Shown: one piece after another, positions 7,242-13,230 of the stretch
Layout of the letters: each line of letters opens with the position of its first letter
How positions within the stretch are numbered: position 1 is the first letter of the stretch
Source: a bacterium
GTDB lineage: Bacteria; Planctomycetota; SZUA-567
Direction: 5' to 3'
Assembly (NCBI GenBank): GCA_003249795.1
Contig: QKHZ01000272.1
Location: forward strand, 1-13,230
DNA: 13,230 bases
Translations under genes and position numbers: made by a program
Notes under the pieces: generated by a model
The model's database searches: none
Told to the model about the DNA's origin: nothing
The model's input: only the letters and a program-made list of their open reading frames with translations

Positions 7242-8569
7242 CGAGCGCATGGCGCATCGCAACACTGCACCAGTCGCTTGCCCCGAGCAGGCGACAGCCG
7301 GTATTACTCGCCACCAGCTTACTGATTGCCCTGCTGGGACACCTCTGCATTGCGCTGAGCTGGCCGACATTAACAACCATCGCTGAAGCCGCCCGAAGCC
7401 AGGCCGTCATCCCCCCGCCTCCGCCGCAAGAGAGTCTGCAGTACATTGTCCTGCCGGATACGATTGACGATGACGAAGAGGTGAACCCCGACAAGTCGCT
7501 TGCCCAAGCAAGAAACAGCCGTCAGTCCAGACAGAAGTCCGCAGCCGATCAGGATCTTGAGGAAGGCGACCCGACAAGCGAAGGCAAGTCCCACGTCAAT
7601 AACAGCGCGTATGAGTCCAAGCCCTCCAGTGCCTCGGAGCCGGCGCTTGCGCAGATTCTGCCCCAAACCCTTGCGCAGGAAGCGCTGCAGCCGGTGCAAC
7701 CGACTCCGCCGCAACCACAGACGCGGCCGACAACGCAGATACAAAAGCAGCCGATGCCTCCACAACCGCAACAGCCGTCTGAGCAGCCTGAGCAGCCCAA
7801 ACCGCCGAAAGCGGAAGAGGCTCCGGTTCTGAGCGCACTGCCTGCCGCCCCGAAAACGGACGCGATTCTTGAAGCCGAACAGCAGAAATCACAGGACGTT
7901 CCCGAGCCGGTGCTGACCGATGAAGCAAAGCCAGACCTGACCATCAGCAAGTTGCCCAAGGATGAGCACACCGCCGCGCCGCGCCCGACCCGCCGCGAGT
8001 CTGAGCCTGACCAGACCGCCGACAAAGAGCAATCAGAACGGCCAACAGCGAGGGAAACGCAGCAACAAACGCCGCAGGCGCAGCAGCCTCCGCAAACGCC
8101 GACGCAACCAGTACAGCCGCAGCAACAGCAAACGCCCCAGCACCGCACACCGCCGCCAGTCAAAAAAATCGGCCCCAAGTCCGAGGCGCAGGAGAGAAAG
8201 AGCGCAGTTACCAGAAAATCACGCGCACGTCTTTCCTCCACCGACTCGCTGGCGCTGTTAAAATCGCGTTACGGTGCGTATATGGACAAGGTGATTTTGC
8301 GGTTGGAGCAGTCAGTGCGGCGGATCGAGTCTCTCGGCCTCGGCGCATCGGGCGAAGGCGTGATCAAAAGCAGTTTCCGGATCAATCAAAACGGGGAGAT
8401 CATCGACATCACCATCATCAGCGCACCCGATGGCATGTTGCGCGAGCAGAACATCGTCAAGCAGATTTATGAAGACGCGTATGCACAGGGAAAATTCTCC
8501 CCGCCCGACAACTCTATGCTGAAAGATCCGGACTTTTCCCCCATTATCGTCAACTTCTGGTTTGAGTAA
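7238..8569 (+). CDS. TonB/TolA-family protein. It has an N-terminal TM anchor, a long Pro/Gln/Glu-rich linker and a C-terminal TonB_C-like domain.
   Basis: The ATG at 7238 overlaps the TGA of the upstream gene, giving an ATGA overlap. The TM segment is VLLATSLLIALLGHLCIALSW. The linker is PQ-rich (PQPQTRPTTQIQKQPMPPQPQQPSEQPEQPKPPK..., QQQTPQAQQPPQTPTQPVQPQQQQTPQ). The C-terminus YGAYMDKVILRLEQ...GEGVIKSSFRINQNGEIIDITIISAPDGMLREQNIVKQIYEDAYAQGKFSPP...IIVNFWFE matches the TonB C-terminal pattern. Confidence 0.6.
   Translation: MTSAWRIATLHQSLAPSRRQPVLLATSLLIALLGHLCIALSWPTLTTIAEAARSQAVIPPPPPQESLQYIVLPDTIDDDEEVNPDKSLAQARNSRQSRQKSAADQDLEEGDPTSEGKSHVNNSAYESKPSSASEPALAQILPQTLAQEALQPVQPTPPQPQTRPTTQIQKQPMPPQPQQPSEQPEQPKPPKAEEAPVLSALPAAPKTDAILEAEQQKSQDVPEPVLTDEAKPDLTISKLPKDEHTAAPRPTRRESEPDQTADKEQSERPTARETQQQTPQAQQPPQTPTQPVQPQQQQTPQHRTPPPVKKIGPKSEAQERKSAVTRKSRARLSSTDSLALLKSRYGAYMDKVILRLEQSVRRIESLGLGASGEGVIKSSFRINQNGEIIDITIISAPDGMLREQNIVKQIYEDAYAQGKFSPPDNSMLKDPDFSPIIVNFWFE
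7630..8170 (+). repeat. Low-complexity Pro/Gln-rich coding repeat region within the TonB-like gene.
   Basis: Runs of CCGCAG/CAGCCG/CAACAG codons. It generates spurious long ORFs in other frames (7549-8241 minus, 7500-7832 plus, 7962-8261 plus). Confidence 0.7.
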
Positions 8570-8631
8570 GCGCCCTCTACCTCTGTACGTTGTGCGTTTT
8601 CGCTGTGCGCCCTGTCCAGTTCACGATTCAC

Positions 8632-8666
8632 AAAAAAAACGGCCGCCGGTGATCTGGCAGCCGTTT
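8632..8666. terminator. Bidirectional rho-independent terminator between the convergent TonB-like and coiled-coil genes.
   Basis: AAAAAAAA-CGGCCGCC-ggtgatct-GGCAGCCG-TTT. This is a roughly 8-11-bp GC-rich stem (one G-U on the minus strand) flanked by an A8 tract on one side and a T-rich stretch on the other. The minus-strand reading gives the stem followed by TTTTTTTT. Confidence 0.65.
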
Positions 8667-8745
8667 CAATTGATTTGTGGGAAATCAATCGCGGAAACGT
8701 AGGGTTTCAAAAGAACCGATTATTTTGCTTTGGATTAAGAAGTAA

Positions 8746-8798
8746 GGATTTGAAAAAAGCGCAGTGTATTCGACATACTCGAGCATTTTTTCAAATCC
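8746..8798. other. Perfect 13-bp inverted repeat GGATTTGAAAAAA-N27-TTTTTTCAAATCC in the 3' region of the coiled-coil gene.
   Basis: Exact reverse-complement arms at 8746-8758 and 8786-8798. It lies between the gene stop (8843) and the terminator (8632-8666). Confidence 0.5.
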
Positions 8799-8842
8799 GA
8801 CGACGCAGAGCCTGAGCAAAAGAATCCGTTATTTTGAAGCCC

Positions 8843-9466
8843 TTACTCCATCACGCAGAAGCGCCGTGTAAACAGATCCATATTCTGCAGCAGTTTCGAT
8901 ACTTCCGACTCGCTGTCCAGAAGCGCCCTAGTCAGAAGACCCGCATCTTCTCGGTACGCCTGCAGCTCTTCTTTCATGTCATCAATCTGGTCGATGGTGT
9001 GTTCCTGAGACTCTGCCATCATCTCCTGCTCGCGCACACTCAGTTTCTGGCGCAGCATCCCGGCTTCGGCAATTGCATCAAGTGCTTTATGTTCAAGCAG
9101 ATACAGTTCATTTTCCAGAAGCGCATTTGTCGCATACGACAGGCGCAACTCTTCACGAAGACGCACGACTTCATCTTTCAGCGCCTGCGAATCCATATCA
9201 TCATATTCATTCACCTTGGCTTGGGCAGCAGCCGGATCAAAAGAAACTGGCGCGGTGTCGGCCAACCCTGAAGAAAGACTGGCAATTTCCTCATCCCGCT
9301 CAAAAACTGGATCAAATGCCAAATGCGAAGGGACAACAGGAAGCGGTGTCACTATTTTCCTGCGGCGCTCGCGTTCAAGCCCGTCGATCAGATTCCGTTT
9401 ATCCGCTTCAATTAGCGACAAATCAGCGGATTTTGCGCGCTGGGACGTGCGTTTCGGGTGTGTCAT
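8843..9466 (-). CDS. Hypothetical coiled-coil protein of 207 aa, transcribed divergently from dinB.
   Basis: The ORF-track ORF is 8843-9517. The preferred start is the ATG at 9464-9466 (MTHPKRTSQ...), which has SD GGAG 5 nt upstream. The C-terminal half has heptad-like charged repeats (KDEVVRLREELRLSYATNALLENELYLLEHKALDAIAEAGMLRQKLSVREQEMMAESQEHTIDQIDDMKEELQAYRED). There is no TM helix or signal peptide. Confidence 0.6.
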   Translation of the reverse strand: MTHPKRTSQRAKSADLSLIEADKRNLIDGLERERRRKIVTPLPVVPSHLAFDPVFERDEEIASLSSGLADTAPVSFDPAAAQAKVNEYDDMDSQALKDEVVRLREELRLSYATNALLENELYLLEHKALDAIAEAGMLRQKLSVREQEMMAESQEHTIDQIDDMKEELQAYREDAGLLTRALLDSESEVSKLLQNMDLFTRRFCVME

Positions 9467-9532
9467 GAGAACTCCGTTAAAGACAAAATATTGAAATCCC
9501 TTACAAAAACGGGACAATATCTGTATCGGTCG

Positions 9533-9554
9533 GGTTGAGGGGTGGTCTTCAACC
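9533..9554. promoter_or_regulatory. Inverted repeat GGTTGA-N10-TCAACC in the dinB 5' region. It is a candidate operator or 5'-UTR hairpin.
   Basis: 6-bp perfect arms at 9533-9538 and 9549-9554, about 30 nt upstream of the dinB start. No E. coli-type CTGT-N8-ACAG box is present. Confidence 0.25.
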
Positions 9555-9582
9555 TGTTTTCACCTTTCCGGTTGGAGATGGA

Positions 9583-10830
9583 ATGCCTTCGCGAAAATCG
9601 TCCGATCATACGGAAAAATCTTGGCCGCGTGCGATCCTGCATGTGGATATGGACGCGTTTTTTGCCGCCGTCGAGCAGCTTGACCATCCCGAATACCGCG
9701 GAAAACCCGTCATTATCGGTGGGCGGGCTGAACACCGCGGCGTCGTCTCCACCGCCAGTTACGAAGCCAGAAAGTTCGGCGTCCACTCCGCCATGCCCAC
9801 AGCCCGGGCAAAAGCCTTGTGCCCCAAGGGGATTTTCTTGCCGGTACGGATGCACAGGTATGCTGAGGTTTCTGGGATCATTCACGAAATTTTCACGCAC
9901 TACACGCCGAAGGTCCTGCCGCTCAGCGTCGACGAAGCATTTCTGGATATCACCGGAAGCCAGCGGCTGTTCGGCCCGCCGCGGCAGTTATCCATGAAGC
10001 TGAAACAGGAGATCCTTGATTCGACAGGCCTGACCGCTTCGGTCGGTGTCGCCCCATGCCTGTTTGTCGCCAAAGTCGCCTCCGACCTGCAAAAACCTGA
10101 CGGACTTGTCCTTGTTCCTGAAGAAAAAGTTCTCGATACCCTCGCGCCGCTTCCGGTCGGCAGGATCTGGGGGGTGGGAAAGGTGATGCAGAAGCATCTG
10201 AACAAGCTGGGCATTGAAACCATCAGCCAACTGCGCAGCTGGCCGCTGAAAACATTGCAGGAGAATTTCGGTAACACCGGCGATCATCTTTACAATCTCG
10301 CCCGCGGAATTGACGACCGTGAAGTGACCGAGCCCGATGCGGAGAAAAGCGTTTCAAACGAGACGACATTCGCCGAAGACGTTACAAAATGTGCAGAGCT
10401 TGAAAAGACGCTGCTGGCACTTGCCGACAAAGTCGCCACCCGGTGCCGTGCTGCAGATCTGGCCGGACGTGTCGTGCAGATCAAACTCCGCTACAGCGAC
10501 TTCTCCACCGTCACCCGCCGCATTACTCTGGCAACCCCCGTGTGCACGGGTCAGGTTCTGTTCCGGCACGGTGTCAAATTGTTGCGCGAGAAAACCGAAG
10601 CCGGCAGCCGCCCTGTCCGCCTGATCGGCATCGGTCTCAGTAACTTCAACGCGCCTCCGGCAACGCAGGGCGACCTCTTCAACAGCCACGCCGAAAGCGG
10701 CAAAACCTCAGCCGATGAAACCGACCGGAAGTCGGAAAAAGCAGAACGCGCCCTCGACCGCATCCGCGAAAAACTTGGCGACGACATGATCGGCCGCGGG
10801 TCGCTCTTACTTGAGCCGGATGACGAGTGA
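9583..10830 (+). CDS. dinB: DNA polymerase IV (Y-family translesion polymerase).
   Basis: The start is MPSRKSS with GGAG upstream. The hallmark N-terminus is ILHVDMDAFFAAVEQ, followed by SYEARKFGVHSAMP and a palm/fingers/little-finger order typical of DinB. It is 416 aa. The first 16 codons of the ORF-track ORF lack an RBS. Confidence 0.9.
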   Translation: MPSRKSSDHTEKSWPRAILHVDMDAFFAAVEQLDHPEYRGKPVIIGGRAEHRGVVSTASYEARKFGVHSAMPTARAKALCPKGIFLPVRMHRYAEVSGIIHEIFTHYTPKVLPLSVDEAFLDITGSQRLFGPPRQLSMKLKQEILDSTGLTASVGVAPCLFVAKVASDLQKPDGLVLVPEEKVLDTLAPLPVGRIWGVGKVMQKHLNKLGIETISQLRSWPLKTLQENFGNTGDHLYNLARGIDDREVTEPDAEKSVSNETTFAEDVTKCAELEKTLLALADKVATRCRAADLAGRVVQIKLRYSDFSTVTRRITLATPVCTGQVLFRHGVKLLREKTEAGSRPVRLIGIGLSNFNAPPATQGDLFNSHAESGKTSADETDRKSEKAERALDRIREKLGDDMIGRGSLLLEPDDE

Positions 10831-10870
10831 GTCAGAATAATCTTGCGCGCTGAATACACACGGCTATGCT

Positions 10871-11716
10871 CTATTCCCCCGCTCCTTCCGCAGCGTTTTT
10901 CTTCTCGGTCACAATCTCAATGCTGCCGATTGTCATCGCCGCCGCAGTATCCGCTTCACTGGTCAGGCGCATCCCGAAGCGCAATGCGCCGCCGCAAAAA
11001 TCATCCGGCATCTCCAGCTTTCCGCTCCGGCTTCCTGCAGAAGTATCGACCGGTTTGTCAAAACGGATGCGATAGGTTTTCTTTGTCAGCACCAGACTGA
11101 TCCGGATCGGAAAACTGTCAGTCGCAAACGATCCGGCGTACAGGCGATCACCGCAACCGCCCTTTTCCTGATTGTCTTTCTTGTAAACGGAGATGATCGC
11201 GTCATCCTTATCACCGTTTTTATTCACCCACACCGTCAGCGCCGTCGGCAGAAGATAGGCTTCCGGCCATTTGGGCAAAGGATCGGGGGCGATAAACATC
11301 CGCGCAGATGCGCTGACATTCTCCCCCGGCCCCGGTTCTTCCCGAAACCCTGTAATCGTCACATTCAGTTTCAACTCTCCGTCTTCCGGAATCTGAAAAG
11401 GCGGTATCAACACCAGATGCGTACTGTTGTGTTTGTGCGGATTCGGCTGTTTCAATACAATCCCGTCAGGAGCAACGTCATTGATGCCGACGCTCCACTG
11501 CTCCAGTCCGTTCTGAAAATTCTCCTGAATGACGACATACTTTCCGTCGTCTTTTTTCGTTTCATCCGTTTCATCCGCAGAGACGCCACTGTTTTCAGTC
11601 TCCGCTGCCGGTTGCGTTTTCTCCTGCGTCTCGTCTGCGGAATATGCACAAGGCAAAGCGCTCAATCCCATCGCCACAATCAAAAGGGCCGTCATTTGAA
11701 TGAATTTTCTCACCAT
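10871..11716 (-). CDS. Secreted hypothetical protein, likely beta-rich, with an acidic Thr/Glu-rich N-terminal linker.
   Basis: The ATG at 11714-11716 (minus) has SD AGGAG 5 nt upstream. The ORF-track start at 11731 is TTG. The signal peptide is MVRKFIQMTALLIVAMGLSALPCAYS|ADE. It lies 30 nt downstream of the CBM9-like gene on the same strand, so the two form an operon. Confidence 0.7.
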   Translation of the reverse strand: MVRKFIQMTALLIVAMGLSALPCAYSADETQEKTQPAAETENSGVSADETDETKKDDGKYVVIQENFQNGLEQWSVGINDVAPDGIVLKQPNPHKHNSTHLVLIPPFQIPEDGELKLNVTITGFREEPGPGENVSASARMFIAPDPLPKWPEAYLLPTALTVWVNKNGDKDDAIISVYKKDNQEKGGCGDRLYAGSFATDSFPIRISLVLTKKTYRIRFDKPVDTSAGSRSGKLEMPDDFCGGALRFGMRLTSEADTAAAMTIGSIEIVTEKKNAAEGAGE

Positions 11717-11746
11717 ACCATCTCCTATCAAGTTTCGCTGGGGCTC

Positions 11747-13230
11747 TCAATCCTGCAGCGTCAGAATCCCCCACTTCTCCGGCGAATCATAAAATTTACC
11801 CGGAAGCCCGAACACGGATGAACCGAACGAGATCCCGTCTGTATTGCGCGCATGTCCCACCGCAACGTCACACCCGATCATCTTCCCTGCGGCAGGACGG
11901 AATCCCGGCTTTACCGTTTCCCACGGAATCGCAACGGCCAGAACATACCCATTGTCAGACACGACTGACGATGCACGCAGCGGCTTACCGACGCGGCTGT
12001 CGACAATCGCCATCACATCCCCCTTGCGCTTGCGGATCAGTTGCACCGCAAGCGGCTCATCACTATCGACTCCCAGCGGGCAGAACATATATTGATGATC
12101 GTCTTCATCATACATTTTCGACTTGTCATTGCCACCATCCACAAAGACTTCCACACAATCCTTTGCCCAGCAGTTTGCGACCGTATCCGGTTTCAGCGGA
12201 CGGAAATCCCCGTGCACCTCGGCACGGACATACAGATTTTTTTCGTCCCATCCTGTCCGCGTACTGATCCCGACGCCTTTGATTTCACACACAACCTCCG
12301 GCATCGTCTGCCAGCCTGTAAGGGTTCCGTCAAACGCAGGAGCCGCATCCACCTTCCCTGCCGTACGACGCGGATACAGATACACCGGAAGATCAAACAC
12401 GCAGCTCTCACCGCCGGAAACGATCCGCGCCTGCACCGATTCACTCGTCATGATCTCACGGTCCAGTGCACACACGATCGTATCCGTAATCGTCTTGCGG
12501 CTTCCTGACGCGATCTTGATTTCCACCGGCTTTTTCGTTTTCGCAAGTGTCACGAACTCGGACGTACTCAGCTCGACCGTATATATTTTTGTCGACGAGC
12601 TGCGGTTTTCGATCGACAGGACCATCGATGTTTTTTCACCGCTGAACATCGCCGGCAGCGGCTTGAAGAATGCGGCAATCGCCCGTTCCCGTTTTGCAAT
12701 CCGCCCGTTTGCAACTGCCTTCGCCGTCTCGGCATCAAGCTGCTGATTGTAAACCAGCGAGGCGAACATCAGGCGATACTCAGAATCGGGTTCCTGAAAA
12801 GAAATCGTATTTTCATTTTGAATCCAAGCGCGTTTAACCGGCAAATTCAAACGCCACTGCGTCTGCGGCTTTACCCCCTCCTCTTTTTGCGCTTCAGTCC
12901 AGAACACCGACAGGGGATGTCCATTCACCGAGAGATTCAGTCCATTTGCCCGCAGCAGATCGTCTGAGTATACCCCAAGATGCAGCAGAACCGTTTCATC
13001 CTCTTGCGGCAAACGCTTAACCGGCAGACTCACCTGCATCGCGTCATTCAAAATCGCGGCCGATGTTTTTGCATAATACTCCGTTTCTGCCAGCGTGCGG
13101 GTCTGCTCAGGCACCGGCGCGTCATATACCCACTGCACACTCGCCACACCGCCAACCGGAAGCGTAACTGTTAGCTCAGAAGAGGACGACACTGTTTCGC
13201 CATGCTCCAGCGCGCCGTCATTATAATGCA
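11747..13230 (-). CDS. CBM9-like / DOMON-like carbohydrate-binding domain protein. It is partial: the N-terminus lies beyond the window end.
   Basis: The reading frame stays open through 13230. The ORF-track GTG at 13192 is probably internal. The C-terminal region WDEKNLYVRAEVHGD...DCVEVFVDGGNDKSKMYDEDDHQYMFCP...GYVLAVAIPWETV resembles carbohydrate-binding family 9-like domains. Confidence 0.55.
   Translation of the reverse strand, partial: HYNDGALEHGETVSSSSELTVTLPVGGVASVQWVYDAPVPEQTRTLAETEYYAKTSAAILNDAMQVSLPVKRLPQEDETVLLHLGVYSDDLLRANGLNLSVNGHPLSVFWTEAQKEEGVKPQTQWRLNLPVKRAWIQNENTISFQEPDSEYRLMFASLVYNQQLDAETAKAVANGRIAKRERAIAAFFKPLPAMFSGEKTSMVLSIENRSSSTKIYTVELSTSEFVTLAKTKKPVEIKIASGSRKTITDTIVCALDREIMTSESVQARIVSGGESCVFDLPVYLYPRRTAGKVDAAPAFDGTLTGWQTMPEVVCEIKGVGISTRTGWDEKNLYVRAEVHGDFRPLKPDTVANCWAKDCVEVFVDGGNDKSKMYDEDDHQYMFCPLGVDSDEPLAVQLIRKRKGDVMAIVDSRVGKPLRASSVVSDNGYVLAVAIPWETVKPGFRPAAGKMIGCDVAVGHARNTDGISFGSSVFGLPGKFYDSPEKWGILTLQD

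Noticed and set aside
7549-8241. 230-aa Cys/Gly-rich minus-strand ORF, plus the 7500-7832, 7596-7928, 7944-8150 and 7962-8261 ORFs.
   Set aside because: These are frame-shifted or antisense readings of the CCG/CAG codon-repeat tract of the TonB-like linker. They are low-complexity artefacts.
9514-9524. ACAATATCTGT as a possible LexA half-site dyad.
   Set aside because: Only 3-bp arms (ACA/TGT) are complementary. This is too weak to call an operator.
5869-9585. Identical 12-mer GGAGATGGAATG at the start sites of the AI-2E gene (5871-5882) and dinB (9574-9585).
   Set aside because: A single 12-mer repeat in 13 kb is within chance expectation (about 5 such pairs are expected). It is simply SD plus ATG context.
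1-13230. Scan for CRISPR arrays, IS elements or transposases, integrase, phage structural genes and toxin-antitoxin pairs.
   Set aside because: None seen. There are no regularly spaced direct repeats. There are no DDE/Tnp-like or tyrosine-recombinase-like ORFs. There are no small adjacent TA-sized gene pairs.

Overview
This is a GC-rich bacterial chromosomal window, about 60% GC in most genes. It has 11 protein-coding genes (two run off the window ends) and one tRNA(CAU). It is mostly housekeeping or envelope genes.

- **Left end, minus strand.** Two tandem SPFH/band-7 (flotillin-like) paralogs are translationally coupled through an ATGA stop/start overlap.
- **tRNA and AT-rich insert.** A tRNA(CAU) gene has its own sigma70-type promoter and a terminator. 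Its 3' end is followed by a roughly 2.7 kb stretch that is visibly AT-richer (about 2457-5120). This stretch holds a secreted Lys/Cys-rich protein with many DnaJ-type CxxCxGxG zinc-finger-like motifs, and a convergent MORN_2/YwqK-like (immunity-protein-like) gene. It has no integrase and no att repeat I could find.
- **Central plus-strand genes.** These are an orphan single-domain response regulator, an AI-2E family transporter with a large hydrophilic insert, and a TonB/TolA-C-terminal-domain protein with a long Pro/Gln-rich linker. The transporter and the TonB-like gene share an ATGA overlap.
- **Right half.** A coiled-coil protein is divergent from DNA polymerase IV (dinB). A two-gene minus-strand operon encodes a secreted hypothetical protein and a CBM9/DOMON-like protein that continues past the window end.

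I found no CRISPR array, IS element, integrase or phage gene.

The most unusual items are:
- the tRNA-adjacent low-GC islet with the periplasmic zinc-finger-repeat protein plus orphan immunity-like gene;
- the internally triplicated SPFH paralog pair;
- the AI-2E/TonB_C coupling;
- the coiled-coil gene divergent from dinB;
- structured intergenic elements (perfect 14-bp and 13-bp hairpins, a 12-bp palindrome).

All functional calls rest on motif recognition by eye. No database searches were run.
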